From Geopsychrobacter electrodiphilus DSM 16401 (GTDB lineage: Bacteria; Desulfobacterota; Desulfuromonadia; Desulfuromonadales; Geopsychrobacteraceae): 32,000 bases of DNA. Below, one piece after another: positions 16,001 through 25,388 of the stretch. A model generated the notes under the pieces. The model ran no database searches and was not told where the DNA came from. It saw only the letters and a list, made by a program, of their open reading frames with translations. Each line of letters starts with the position of its first letter. Position 1 is the first letter of the stretch. A program made the position numbers and the translations under genes. Location of the stretch: positions 1,668,894 through 1,700,893 of the forward strand of contig NZ_ARWE01000001.1 in assembly GCF_000384395.1 (NCBI RefSeq), in the 5' to 3' direction.

Positions 16001-16246
16001 ATGCCCATATATGAATACGAATGTGAATCCTGCGGGATCGTTTTCGAGGCCCGTCAAAAGTTTTCTGATGCCCCACTTGTTGCCTGTCGTGAGTGTGGAG
16101 GACGGGTTAGCAAGCAGATTTCCCGCGCCGGTTTCGCTTTGAAGGGTGGCGGCTGGTATGAGCAGGGATACAATAATACCGTCCCCAGTTGCTCAGGAGG
16201 TGAGGGTGGTGGCTGTAGCGGTTGCCCCAAGTCGTCAAATGGATAA
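16001..16246 (+). CDS. FmdB-family putative regulatory zinc-ribbon protein
   Basis: MPIYEYECESCGIVFEARQKFSDAPLVACRECGG is the CxxC...CxxC zinc-ribbon signature of the FmdB family. The tail is Gly/Cys-rich. Confidence 0.75.
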   Translation: MPIYEYECESCGIVFEARQKFSDAPLVACRECGGRVSKQISRAGFALKGGGWYEQGYNNTVPSCSGGEGGGCSGCPKSSNG

Positions 16247-16266
16247 TGGTCTTTTTTGATAAAAAA

Positions 16267-16305
16267 AGCCCCAAACAATATCAAATTGTTTGGGGCTTTT
16301 TTTAT
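16267..16305. terminator. Strong intrinsic terminator (potentially bidirectional)
   Basis: Perfect 12-bp stem: AGCCCCAAACAA (16267-78) pairs with TTGTTTGGGGCT (16286-97) around a 7-nt loop. It is followed by a T-run and preceded by an A-run. Confidence 0.85.
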
Positions 16306-16442
16306 TTTAATCTGGAGTGCTGAACATCCCGGGTACAAAAGCTGCCCGAGACGCTTTACATGATGGCTGCTATCCTATATTTTTTCTAGCGTCATCCAGA
16401 TTTAGGTGGTTCTACTTACTCAATATAATTAAAGGAGACGAC

Positions 16443-17297
16443 GTGGCAGCAAAGATAATTGATGGTAAAGCGATCGCATCAAAGATGCGTGCTGCGATCA
16501 AGGCTGAATCAGCAGATTTGCGCGCAAAAGAGATCATCCCGGGTTTGGCTGTTGTTTTAGTGGGGGACGATCCCGCCAGCCGGGTTTATGTCTCAATGAA
16601 AGAGAAGGCCTGTACTGAATGCGGTATTTTCTCGGATGAATACAAGCTGCCCGCCGAAACATCTGAAGCCGACTTGCTTGCCGTAATTGAAAAGCTTAAT
16701 GACGATCCGCAGATCGACGGTATTCTGGTGCAACTTCCGCTGCCAAAACATATCAATGAAAATAATATTCTTGAGGCGATTTTACCGGCTAAGGATGTCG
16801 ACGGTTTTCATCCTTATAATGTCGGCCGCCTGGTAACCGGAAATCCACTGTTTAGACCCTGTACCCCTTATGGTGTTATGAAGATGTTGGAAGAGACCGG
16901 GGTTGATTTAAACGGGAAAAATGTTGTGGTTGTTGGTCGTTCTAATATCGTTGGTAAGCCAGTGGCCTTGATGTGTCTTGCCGCACATGCCACTGTGACA
17001 ATCTGTCACTCTCGGACGCTTGATCTGCCGGCTAAAGTAGCAGATGCCGATATAGTGATTGCCGCCGTAGGGATTCCCGCAATGGTCAAAGGGGATTGGA
17101 TCAAAGAGGGTGCTGTGGTTATTGATGTCGGGGTGAACCGGGTCGGTGACAAGAAATTGGTTGGCGATGTCGATTTTGAAGCTGCTAGTAAGCGGGCTTC
17201 GGCGATCACTCCTGTTCCTGGTGGGGTCGGTCCTATGACGATCACCATGCTACTCTTCAATACACTGGAAAGCGCCAAACGGCGCGCTAATGGCTGA
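16443..17297 (+). CDS. folD: Bifunctional methylene-THF dehydrogenase / methenyl-THF cyclohydrolase FolD
   Basis: GTG at 16443 follows [24 protein letters not shown]...[13 protein letters not shown]...GI...LVQLPLP...DVDGFHP.N.G..GVGPMT is canonical FolD. The track's 42-aa N-terminal extension (from 16317) begins right after the terminator and has no FolD-like sequence. Confidence 0.9.
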   Translation: MAAKIIDGKAIASKMRAAIKAESADLRAKEIIPGLAVVLVGDDPASRVYVSMKEKACTECGIFSDEYKLPAETSEADLLAVIEKLNDDPQIDGILVQLPLPKHINENNILEAILPAKDVDGFHPYNVGRLVTGNPLFRPCTPYGVMKMLEETGVDLNGKNVVVVGRSNIVGKPVALMCLAAHATVTICHSRTLDLPAKVADADIVIAAVGIPAMVKGDWIKEGAVVIDVGVNRVGDKKLVGDVDFEAASKRASAITPVPGGVGPMTITMLLFNTLESAKRRANG

Positions 17298-17412
17298 GGT
17301 TGATTGACAAAATCTCTGTTGTTGAAAAAACTTCTTTGGTCCTTCATTGGTGGACTGATAGTCTGTCTTCGCAGAGTTTGATTTTTTTTTACGATTAGGA
17401 GGGTAGGTCCGC

Positions 17413-18495
17413 GTGAAAAAGACAGTACTGAACCAGGTACATCGCGATCTTGGAGCTCGGATGGTCGAATTCGGCGGATGGGATATGCCGGTGCAGTACA
17501 CCGGGGTGATTGCTGAACATCTGGCAGTGCGCAGTGCTGCTGGTCTTTTCGATGTATCCCACATGGGTGAGTTTGAAGTCAGCGGCCCCGACGCCTTTGC
17601 TTTTTTGCAGTATGCCAGTATCAACGATCTGTCCGTGCTCGTTGATGGTCAGGTGCAGTACAGTGCCTTGTGTTATCCCGACGGCGGGATTGTCGATGAT
17701 ATAACGCTTTATCGGTTCGCCGCTGAAAAATATATGCTCTGTGTCAATGCTGCCAATATTGATAAGGATTTTGCCTGGCTGCAGAGCCTCGCGGCTCAAA
17801 AAAACGGTAATTTTCAATTAACTAACCGCAGTGCTGATTATGCCCAGTTAGCCCTGCAGGGCCCCACCGCCGCGGTAATCCTGAGTTCCCTGACTTCTGC
17901 TGACCTGCTTTCACTCAAGACTTATCATTTCTGCACTGCGGATGTCGCCGGGCTGTCTATGCTGATCTCACGCACGGGTTATACCGGTGAGGATGGCTTC
18001 GAACTTTATTGTCAGCCGAAAGATGCTGAATCGCTCTGGCAGAAGTTGATGGAACAGGGGACACCCTATGGGCTGGTTCCTGTCGGTTTGGGAGCCCGAG
18101 ATACTCTGAGGCTTGAAAAAGCCTATGCCCTTTATGGACATGAACTGAGTGCAGAGGTTCTGCCACTTGAAGCAAGACTCGGATGGATCACCAAGTTGGA
18201 AAAGTCCGATTTTTGCGGGAGAAGTGCGCTTCTCAAAGCGAAGTCTGGAGGAATCCGCCGCCAGTTAATCGGCTTGCGTTTAACGCAACCCGGGGTCCCT
18301 CGGGAACAATATGTTGTGCGTCTTGCCGGTCGGGATGTCGGTGTCGTTACGAGCGGCACCATGTCGCCGAGTTCACGACAGGGGATTGCTCTGGCGCTGG
18401 TTGACACCAATGTTGCTGCGAGCGATGAATCTTTTTCGATTGTGATCCGTGGGCGTGAAGTCTCTGCTGAAAAAGTTAAACTCCCTTTTGTCTGA
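17413..18495 (+). CDS. gcvT: Glycine cleavage system aminomethyltransferase (T protein)
   Basis: GTG 9 nt after [31 protein letters not shown]....EH.AVR...GLFDVSHMG and [13 protein letters not shown] are GcvT signatures. Confidence 0.9.
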   Translation: MKKTVLNQVHRDLGARMVEFGGWDMPVQYTGVIAEHLAVRSAAGLFDVSHMGEFEVSGPDAFAFLQYASINDLSVLVDGQVQYSALCYPDGGIVDDITLYRFAAEKYMLCVNAANIDKDFAWLQSLAAQKNGNFQLTNRSADYAQLALQGPTAAVILSSLTSADLLSLKTYHFCTADVAGLSMLISRTGYTGEDGFELYCQPKDAESLWQKLMEQGTPYGLVPVGLGARDTLRLEKAYALYGHELSAEVLPLEARLGWITKLEKSDFCGRSALLKAKSGGIRRQLIGLRLTQPGVPREQYVVRLAGRDVGVVTSGTMSPSSRQGIALALVDTNVAASDESFSIVIRGREVSAEKVKLPFV

Positions 18496-18522
18496 TACCC
18501 CTAAATTTGCATGGAGGAGAAA

Positions 18523-18906
18523 ATGGATTTTCCTGAAGAGTTAAAGTACACCGAAGAGCATGAATGGGTTCTGCTGGAAGGGGATCTCGTCAGTATCGGT
18601 ATTACCGATTTTGCCCAGGATCAACTTGGTGATGTGGTATTTGTTGAGCTCCCAGAAGTTGGCGATCGGGTTGAACTCGGCAAAGCGTTCGGTGTAGTTG
18701 AGTCGGTCAAGGCCGTCTCGGATATCTATGCGCCGCTTGCCGGCGAGGTTGTTGAAGTGAATACTGAATTGCCTGATGCGCCGGAAATGATTAACACCTC
18801 TCCCTATGAAGACGGCTGGATGATTCGAATCAAGCCTGATGATCCCTCCGAGCTTGAAGAGTTAATGGATGCCTCCGATTACCAGGATTTTGTCGAAGAA
18901 GAGTAA
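18523..18906 (+). CDS. gcvH: Glycine cleavage system H protein (lipoyl carrier)
   Basis: ATG at 18523 follows GGAGGAG (track: 18511). [10 protein letters not shown]...[22 protein letters not shown]...[13 protein letters not shown] contains the lipoyl-lysine motif ESVK. Confidence 0.9.
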   Translation: MDFPEELKYTEEHEWVLLEGDLVSIGITDFAQDQLGDVVFVELPEVGDRVELGKAFGVVESVKAVSDIYAPLAGEVVEVNTELPDAPEMINTSPYEDGWMIRIKPDDPSELEELMDASDYQDFVEEE

Positions 18907-18923
18907 TGGGTCAAGACATAAAC

Positions 18924-18958
18924 CCGGCGGTGCATGCAAGCGCCGCCGGTTTTTTTTT
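18924..18958 (+). terminator. Intrinsic terminator between gcvH and gcvPA
   Basis: 10-bp GC-rich stem: CCGGCGGTGC (18924-33) pairs with GCGCCGCCGG (18940-49), including one G-U pair, around a 6-nt loop. A run of 9 T follows (18950-58). Confidence 0.8.
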
Positions 18959-18983
18959 GCGCTACCTTCAGTGAGGAACTTTC

Positions 18984-20336
18984 ATGCGTTATCTCCCACA
19001 CAGTGACCTCGAAATTCAATCAATGCTTAAGACCATAGGTGTTGAGCAGCTTGAAGAACTGTTTATTGGTATCCCGGAAAATTGTCGTCTTCCGCGCGCT
19101 CTTGATTTGGATGGCCCACTTGCCGAAGCGGAACTGTTGCGTCGCTTTCAGAGTATGGCCGCAGCGAACGCTGCGGATGACAGTTGGAGTCAATTTTTAG
19201 GCGGTGGTTATTACGATCATCATATTCCTGCGGTTATCGATCATCTGATCAGCCGAAGTGAATTTTATACCGCTTACACCCCTTACCAACCTGAAATCAG
19301 TCAGGGGACGTTGCAGGCTATTTACGAATTCCAGACACTGATTTGCCAGTTGACGGGGCTTGATGTCGCAAATGCTTCCCTGTACGACGGCGCTTCAGCC
19401 TGTGCTGAAGCGGTCCTGATGTCGCTACGCTGTGGACGTAACCGCACCAAAATACTTCTATCGCGCGGAGTCCATCCACGCTACCGCGAGGTTATCGCGA
19501 CATATGTGCGTTATTTAGACGTTGAGTTGATAGAAGTTCCACTAAGGGCTGACGGTCAAACTGATGAAAAATTGGTCGCTGAATTATTAGCTGCTGATGT
19601 CGCGGCCCTGGTGGTCGGTTATCCAAACTATCTGGGTGTGGTCGAAGAGATAGATGCCCTGGCTAAATTAGCGCACAGCTCAGGCGCACGGATGCTCGTT
19701 GCTGCTGCAGAGCCTCTGGCTATGGCGCTTTATCGTTCTCCCGGTGAACTGGGTGCTGACATTGTCGTCGGCGAAGGGCAGAGTTTCGGTCTGCCTCTCA
19801 CCTATGGTGGGCCCGGTGTTGGTTTTATCGCCGCACGCCAGCAGGATATGCGTTCTCTACCGGGGCGTTTGGTCGGCGAAACGGTTGATAAAGATGGTGA
19901 ACGCGGATTTGTTCTGACCCTGGCCACTCGTGAGCAGCATATCCGCCGCGAAAAGGCGACTTCAAATATTTGTTCAAATCAGGGGATCTGTGCAGTCATG
20001 GTCAGTATCTACCTTGCGCTGCTGGGGAAAAACGGGCTGCCTCAGCTGGCGCGGGATAATTATTCTCGCGCAGCCTATCTGCGCGAACAGATTGCCGCTC
20101 TTCCCGGGTATTCTCTTCCTTTTTCAGCCCCATTTTTCAATGAGTTTGTTGTTTCCTGCTCACAGCCTGCTGCCGAAGTTTTGCAGCGTCTTGAACAGCA
20201 AAAAATTCTGGCAGGAATCAGTTTGCTGGATGATTATCCCGAAATCAAGAATGGTCTGCTGATTTGCGTCACCGAGCAGAATGACAGGGCTCAGCTTGAT
20301 GGACTTGTTTCTGCGCTTAATGGAGGTGCCGCATGA
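18984..20336 (+). CDS. gcvPA: Glycine dehydrogenase (decarboxylating) subunit 1
   Basis: MRYLPHSDLEIQSMLKTIG...SRSEFYTAYTPYQPEISQGTLQAIYEFQT is the canonical P-protein alpha-subunit N-terminus. 450 aa. Confidence 0.9.
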   Translation: MRYLPHSDLEIQSMLKTIGVEQLEELFIGIPENCRLPRALDLDGPLAEAELLRRFQSMAAANAADDSWSQFLGGGYYDHHIPAVIDHLISRSEFYTAYTPYQPEISQGTLQAIYEFQTLICQLTGLDVANASLYDGASACAEAVLMSLRCGRNRTKILLSRGVHPRYREVIATYVRYLDVELIEVPLRADGQTDEKLVAELLAADVAALVVGYPNYLGVVEEIDALAKLAHSSGARMLVAAAEPLAMALYRSPGELGADIVVGEGQSFGLPLTYGGPGVGFIAARQQDMRSLPGRLVGETVDKDGERGFVLTLATREQHIRREKATSNICSNQGICAVMVSIYLALLGKNGLPQLARDNYSRAAYLREQIAALPGYSLPFSAPFFNEFVVSCSQPAAEVLQRLEQQKILAGISLLDDYPEIKNGLLICVTEQNDRAQLDGLVSALNGGAA

Positions 20337-21796
20337 GTGCCATAGGCAGCAAGGGATTAATTCTCGACGAAAACCTGCTCTTCGAGCGTTCAACCGTCGG
20401 TCGCTGTGGTTATGACCTGCCAGTGCTTGATGTGCCGGCGACCCAACCCGAGAGTGGCCTGTTGCGCAATTCAATTGAGGGCTTCCCCGAACTCTCCGAA
20501 GTCGACGTGGTTCGGCATTATACGCGCTTGTCAACCTGGAATTACGGGGTTGACAGCGGTTTCTACCCCTTGGGTAGCTGTACGATGAAATATAATCCGA
20601 AAATCAATGAAGTTGTGGCGCGATTACCAGGTTTTGCTCACCTTCACCCCGCAACACCAGACCATCTGTCACAAGGATCGCTACGGTTGATGTATGAATT
20701 GCAGCAAGCCCTTTGCGAAATTTCCGGGTTCCCGGCCCTGACCCTGCAGCCTTCGGCAGGCGCTCATGGTGAATTTGCCGGGATGCTGATGGTTCATGCC
20801 TGGCATCATGCGCGAGGTAATAAACGGCACAAGGTGTTGATTCCGGATACGGCGCACGGAACAAACCCCGCCACGGCAGCGCTCTGCGGCTATGAGGTGG
20901 TGCCGATCGCATCGGATGGTGTGCTCAGCGTTGAAGCGGTGGCCACGGCTATGGATGATGATGTCGCTGCGCTGATGGTGACAAATCCGAATACCTTGGG
21001 GCTTTTTGAAACAAATATCCGAGAAATCTGTGAACTGGTCCATAGCCGAGGGGGGTTGGTCTATTGCGATGGCGCCAATCTCAACGCGCTGTTGGGTGCG
21101 TGTCGTCCGGGCGATCTGGGGATCGATGTTATGCACTTTAATCTGCATAAAACCTTTTCCACCCCTCATGGAGGCGGCGGCCCCGGTGCGGGTCCCGTTG
21201 GCGTAAGTGAGTCCCTTGAGCCCTTTTTGCCGATCCCGGTAATCGTTAAAGAGGGGACGTCATACCGGCTCGAGACCGATCGAGCACATTCGATTGGCCG
21301 CTTGCGGACCTTTGCCAGTCAGTTCGGAATTCTTGTGCGTGCTTACGCTTATCTTTTGGCAATGGGGCCTCGGGGACTTAAAAAAGCAACCCAATTGGCT
21401 GTTCTCAACGCCAACTATATCCGAGCACGTCTCGAAGGGAGTTATCATCTTCCGTACAAACAGCGGTCATTACATGAGGTCGTTTTCAGTGACGCAGGGC
21501 TACCGAACGATTGTCATACGCTGGATATCGCAAAGCGTCTTTTAGATTACGGGTATCATCCTCCGACGATTTATTTTCCTCTGGTGGTTCATGGTGCATT
21601 GATGATTGAGCCGACAGAGACTGAGAGCAAACAAGAGATCGATGAGTTTTGTGACGCGCTTATTGCCATTGCCGAAGAGGCAAAGACGAACCCTCATCTG
21701 TTACACGAGGCGCCGATCAATGCGCGAACCCGAAGACTTGACGAGACCCAGGCAGCTCGAAAACCGAAATTGAAGTGGGATAGCCGGGTTGGGTGA
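20333..21796 (+). CDS. gcvPB: Glycine dehydrogenase (decarboxylating) subunit 2
   Basis: ATGA overlap with gcvPA. PLGSCTMKYNPK and the PLP-lysine block HFNLHKTFSTPHGGGGPG are present. 487 aa. Confidence 0.9.
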   Translation: MSAIGSKGLILDENLLFERSTVGRCGYDLPVLDVPATQPESGLLRNSIEGFPELSEVDVVRHYTRLSTWNYGVDSGFYPLGSCTMKYNPKINEVVARLPGFAHLHPATPDHLSQGSLRLMYELQQALCEISGFPALTLQPSAGAHGEFAGMLMVHAWHHARGNKRHKVLIPDTAHGTNPATAALCGYEVVPIASDGVLSVEAVATAMDDDVAALMVTNPNTLGLFETNIREICELVHSRGGLVYCDGANLNALLGACRPGDLGIDVMHFNLHKTFSTPHGGGGPGAGPVGVSESLEPFLPIPVIVKEGTSYRLETDRAHSIGRLRTFASQFGILVRAYAYLLAMGPRGLKKATQLAVLNANYIRARLEGSYHLPYKQRSLHEVVFSDAGLPNDCHTLDIAKRLLDYGYHPPTIYFPLVVHGALMIEPTETESKQEIDEFCDALIAIAEEAKTNPHLLHEAPINARTRRLDETQAARKPKLKWDSRVG

Positions 21797-21808
21797 GGTG
21801 CCTCGATT

Positions 21809-22705
21809 TCAGGGCTGGCCGTAAATAAAAGACCGGCTCAGATTATATTGGAAATGCGCATATATTTTTAGCTGGTCATACTTGTAGTAGCTCGGTAACG
21901 CACCAAACGGGGCAGCGCGGTAAATGGCTTGAATCGCTTCGTAGTCGAGAATATCAGAGCCTGAACTCTCCAGGGGGAGCGCATCAAGCAGCTCCCCCTT
22001 TTTATTGACGACTATCTTGATCAGAAGGGTCCCTTGAATTCCTTTGCTCGCAGCCTCAGCCGGATAGTTCCATACAGCCTCGATCCGATCTCGGAACCTG
22101 CGGAAAAATGAGATTAATTTATCGTCCTCGCGCAGATTAAGCCAGACCTCATCGCCTTTTAGTTGAATCTCGGGGCGGTCTTGCTGCCGGTCCAGTCGTG
22201 CTTGAGTCAGGGGCGAGAGATTCGTCAAACTCTTTAAATCGGGTAAATTTATTTCTGGGCGTAGCATGGGTTTCGCTGCAGTTAGAGGGATATCTCCAGT
22301 CCGGTTGTCCTGCGGAAATGGCTGTGTCTCCTTGACCTGAGGTTGTTGTTTTTTAGGTGAAGAATGAGCTGGTTGTTCTCTTTGCGAGATGACTCGTTTC
22401 TGATCACGATGGTCGGTCGCCTTGGGGGCAGTCTCCTGCTTAACCTGCTGGTTGGCTTCGGCGATATGAGTTGCTTCTTTAGGGGGGGCTTCCGCAACTT
22501 TCAGCGGTTTCTGATCTAATTCGAGCCAATTTTTGCGTTCTTGCAGCGCAACGAGGGTCTCATCGGTTTTTTTCTCGGGGTGGGGGGTAAATAAATTATT
22601 CTGCAACACGAATCCTGCAAGTAGGTGCAGCAGCATCGATACGAGCAGGAATAAGCCAAATAAATTCGATTTTTTACGCAATGGTTTGCTGAAGTTGGTT
22701 TTCAT
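21809..22705 (-). CDS. TonB-family protein (N-terminal anchor, Pro/Gln/Lys-rich spacer, TonB_C domain)
   Basis: TM anchor LFGLFLLVSMLLHLLAGFVL, a low-complexity spacer, and a C-terminal block AVWNYPAEAASKGIQGTLLIKIVVNKKGELLD typical of TonB C-terminal domains. No exbB or exbD gene is adjacent. Confidence 0.65.
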   Translation of the reverse strand: MKTNFSKPLRKKSNLFGLFLLVSMLLHLLAGFVLQNNLFTPHPEKKTDETLVALQERKNWLELDQKPLKVAEAPPKEATHIAEANQQVKQETAPKATDHRDQKRVISQREQPAHSSPKKQQPQVKETQPFPQDNRTGDIPLTAAKPMLRPEINLPDLKSLTNLSPLTQARLDRQQDRPEIQLKGDEVWLNLREDDKLISFFRRFRDRIEAVWNYPAEAASKGIQGTLLIKIVVNKKGELLDALPLESSGSDILDYEAIQAIYRAAPFGALPSYYKYDQLKIYAHFQYNLSRSFIYGQP

Positions 22706-22761
22706 GTTTGTCGAGTATACCCGTGTTGATATGCATCTTCCAGCGGCATTATAGCCTCTTT

Positions 22762-22786
22762 ATGACTTAGGGGAAGATTAAGTCAT
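22762..22786. promoter_or_regulatory. Perfect inverted repeat ATGACTTA-N9-TAAGTCAT (candidate operator)
   Basis: ATGACTTA at 22762-69 and TAAGTCAT at 22779-86 are exact reverse complements. The right arm abuts the predicted -35 element of pta, overlapping it by 1 nt at 22786. Confidence 0.35.
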
Positions 22787-22815
22787 TGACCCCTGAAGGG
22801 GGCTTTGGCTATAAA
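22786..22815 (+). promoter_or_regulatory. Candidate sigma70-type promoter for pta
   Basis: TTGACC (22786-91), 18-nt spacer, TATAAA (22810-15). It lies about 100 nt upstream of the pta ATG. Pattern match only. Confidence 0.3.
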
Positions 22816-22914
22816 CGACGCTATCTGGCAGAATTTGAACGTGATCATTTTTTGATGTCGCCTTTTTCAGGCATAAGGTTGAGACATTTTTAGTACGCGA
22901 ACGGAGGTTAGAAA

Positions 22915-23916
22915 ATGCATCTTGTTGACCAAATTAAAGCGAAGGCAAAACAAAACCTGCAGACCGTGGTGCTGCCTGAAGGTTATGATGACCGCATGGT
23001 GGAGGCGGCAGAGCAGATTGCGGCAGAAGGCCTGGCAATCCCTGTCCTTCTTGGAGATGTCGCAAAATTAGAGGCTAAAGCTATCGAACTTAAGGTGTCA
23101 CTTGAAGGTGTCACACTGATTGACCCAACGAATTCTGCTCTGCTGGATAGCTATGCGGATGAACTGGTCGAGATTCGTAAAAAAAAGGGTTTAACCAGGG
23201 GGCAGGCGCTGGAACTTTTAACCGGCACGGATAACCTTTTTTTTGGTGCCATGATGGTGCGTAAAGGGGACGCCGGGGGGGCCGTCGCCGGTGCGTTCAA
23301 TACTACCGGAGATGTATTGCGGGCAGCCTTTCAGGTCGTCGGCACCGCTCCGGGGATGAAGACCGTTTCCTCAGTCTTTCTGATGGTTACCCAAAACCCT
23401 GATTTCGGTGAAAATGGCGTACTCTGCTTTGCCGACTGCGCTGTCAATCCGAATCCTGATGCTCAGGCTCTGGCCGAGATTGCTATTAGTACCGCCTCCA
23501 GTTGCAAAAGTTTTCTGGGGGTTGAAGCTCGGGTCGGAATGCTCAGTTTCTCCACTAAAGGAAGTGCCAGTCACGAAGATAGCGACAAGGTTATAAAAGC
23601 TCTCGCGATTGTCAGGCAACTGGCCCCGAATTTAGCGATAGATGGTGAATTGCAGGCGGACGCTGCTCTTATGCCCAAGGTTGGCCAAAAGAAAGCCCCG
23701 GGCTCCCCTGTCGCGGGAAGGGCAAACACCTTGATATTTCCTACTCTGGATGCCGGGAATATCGGTTACAAGCTGGTCGAGCGGATTGCCGGTGCTGAAG
23801 CAGTTGGACCTATCATTCAGGGGTTGGCCAAGCCGGTTAATGACCTGTCACGGGGTTGCTCGGTCATCGACATTGTTAATGTTGCTGCGATAACCGCTGT
23901 GCAGGCACAAGGTTGA
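22915..23916 (+). CDS. pta: Phosphate acetyltransferase (short PTA_PTB form)
   Basis: 333 aa. VVLPEG.D.R...A....A.EGLA.PVLLG, ...[14 protein letters not shown] and [17 protein letters not shown] are typical short-form Pta blocks. Confidence 0.9.
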   Translation: MHLVDQIKAKAKQNLQTVVLPEGYDDRMVEAAEQIAAEGLAIPVLLGDVAKLEAKAIELKVSLEGVTLIDPTNSALLDSYADELVEIRKKKGLTRGQALELLTGTDNLFFGAMMVRKGDAGGAVAGAFNTTGDVLRAAFQVVGTAPGMKTVSSVFLMVTQNPDFGENGVLCFADCAVNPNPDAQALAEIAISTASSCKSFLGVEARVGMLSFSTKGSASHEDSDKVIKALAIVRQLAPNLAIDGELQADAALMPKVGQKKAPGSPVAGRANTLIFPTLDAGNIGYKLVERIAGAEAVGPIIQGLAKPVNDLSRGCSVIDIVNVAAITAVQAQG

Positions 23917-24164
23917 TTTTTCGCATTTTGACGCCTGGATTTATATTCGGCGCTTTGACGTAATGGAATGGCATATTGATCATCCCCCGCTCCTACCATA
24001 GGCGGGGCTCTGTTTCGGGAAATCTGGAATGGATTTATCAACTTTGAGCTCTGTTTGAGCTTAAAAAAATATCACCTGACGAAAAGGGAGGTCTGTAAAA
24101 AACACTGTCATCTTCTTTAGTTAAGAGATTCTTTTTTTTATGGATTATGGTAATATTCGAGGCT

Positions 24165-25373
24165 ATGGCGAATTTCTTTTGTAAAATAGGCACGGCCGAT
24201 GGGCGTATCGTAGAACGGTCTTTCGACGCCTCGAGTCGTGAGGCCCTGCGTCAAAACCTCGAAGAACAGGGTTTTTTCGTCTTTCATGTACGTCGTCAAT
24301 TTTTTGGCCAGACGATTGGCTCCGGACATCGGCATGGCCGCATGACAGGGGCTCGTTTTTTGTCGTTCAACCAGGAATTGTTGGTCTTGATCCGTTCGGG
24401 CTTGCCGATCCTGCAGGTGATTGAAACATTGATTGAACAGATGGAAGCCTGCAGCCTGCGAGACGTTTTAGGTGAGGTTCGAGAAGACATAAAGGCGGGG
24501 AGCGTGCTCTCCGAGTCTTTTTCCAAGTATCCCCAGATATTCAACCATCTTTATATTGCTTCGATACGCGCGGGGGAAAAAACCGGTGACCTGCCGGTAA
24601 CGATCAGTCGGTTTATTGATTATCAAAAGCGGGTTGAAGTGATCCGCAACAAAATTCGTAGTGCCGCGTTTTATCCGATCATGCTGACAACGTTAGCCAG
24701 CTTTGTTTTATTTTTCATGTTGCTGTATGTGGTACCAAACTTCACCAAGATATTTGCTGATGCCAATATTGAGCTCCCCCTCTTAACTCGCTTACTAATC
24801 GCTTTTGCTGATGGTTTGTCCAGCTTCTTACCGTTGCTGATTTTATGTGTGATCATAGGGGTCTTTCTTTTCCGGCGATTTATGCGTTCAATGGGTGGTC
24901 GATATTTTATAGATCGTCTCCTTTTGCGGCTCCCCTTTTTTGGTTCATTAGCTCGTGATTATGCGATCTCCAGCTTTACCCGCACGCTTGGAACGACCCT
25001 GGCGAGCGGGACCCCCCTGGTTCCTTCCATGACCATGTCGCGCGGAACCTTGAATAATCGTTGCCTTGAGAAGGAACTGGCTGTTGCTGTCCAACGTGTT
25101 GAGGAGGGGACGTCGCTTTCAGAATCATTGACGCGTACCGAGTTCTTTCCGCCGATCGCCCTGCGCATGGTTGCCGTGGGTGAAACAACAGGGTCTTTGA
25201 ATGAAATGTTGCGAGATGTTGCCGATTATTATGAGTCCGAGGTTGAGAAGCGACTGATTAAATTAACTACTATGATTGAACCAATCCTTATGATGGTTAT
25301 GGGGGTTATGATTGGTTTGATTGTGTTGGCCATGTATATTCCCATCTTTCAGATGGGGCAGACGGTCAGGTAA
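24165..25373 (+). CDS. Type II secretion / type IV pilus platform protein (GspF/PilC family)
   Basis: Preferred ATG at 24165 (MANFFCKIGTADGRIVE...; track: 24147). The T2SSF domain is duplicated (LSFNQELLVLIRSGLPILQ... and ISSFTRTLGTTLASGTPLV...) and there are 3 TM segments. About 402 aa. Confidence 0.85.
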   Translation: MANFFCKIGTADGRIVERSFDASSREALRQNLEEQGFFVFHVRRQFFGQTIGSGHRHGRMTGARFLSFNQELLVLIRSGLPILQVIETLIEQMEACSLRDVLGEVREDIKAGSVLSESFSKYPQIFNHLYIASIRAGEKTGDLPVTISRFIDYQKRVEVIRNKIRSAAFYPIMLTTLASFVLFFMLLYVVPNFTKIFADANIELPLLTRLLIAFADGLSSFLPLLILCVIIGVFLFRRFMRSMGGRYFIDRLLLRLPFFGSLARDYAISSFTRTLGTTLASGTPLVPSMTMSRGTLNNRCLEKELAVAVQRVEEGTSLSESLTRTEFFPPIALRMVAVGETTGSLNEMLRDVADYYESEVEKRLIKLTTMIEPILMMVMGVMIGLIVLAMYIPIFQMGQTVR

Positions 25374-25388
25374 GGACAACCACTGGCG

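Noticed and set aside
16317-16442. 42-aa N-terminal extension of FolD proposed by the ORF track
   Set aside because: The extension starts 12 nt after a strong terminator and has no FolD-like sequence. A GTG at 16443 with an AAAGGAG RBS gives the canonical VAAKIIDGK... N-terminus.
17298-17412. Possible glycine riboswitch or intrinsic terminator in the folD-gcvT spacer
   Set aside because: I could not find the conserved glycine-aptamer cores, and the region is too short for the usual tandem aptamer. The T9 run at 17382-17390 is preceded only by 4-5 bp pairings (GACT/AGTC, CTCTG/CAGAG with a roughly 50-nt loop), so it is not a convincing hairpin. An Infernal scan is needed to be certain.
17395-17817. 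140-aa antisense ORF overlapping gcvT, and similar long antisense ORFs at 20681-21169, 8366-8725, 13219-13593, 17250-17624 and 12257-12562
   Set aside because: Each lies opposite or out of frame to a gene with strong family signatures. Their sequences are compositionally odd (Arg/Ser/Pro/Cys-rich) and they lack an RBS. These are typical shadow ORFs of moderately GC-rich coding DNA.
23968-23982. Sigma-54 promoter upstream of the pilus cluster (ATGGCATATTGATCA)
   Set aside because: A TGGCA element is present, but the -12 element at the required spacing is not TTGC (GC is absent at the right position). It does not fit TGGCAC-N5-TTGC.
23985-24007. Hairpin CCCCGC-N11-GCGGGG after pta as a terminator
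   Set aside because: The stem is only 6 bp with an 11-nt loop and is followed by CTCTGTTTC rather than a T-run. That is too weak to call, so pta may read through or terminate by another mechanism.
24043-24062. Direct repeat TTTGAGCT-N3-TTTGAGCT upstream of the platform-protein gene
   Set aside because: It is a short 8-mer occurring only twice, in an AT-rich spacer. I cannot distinguish it from chance without comparative data.
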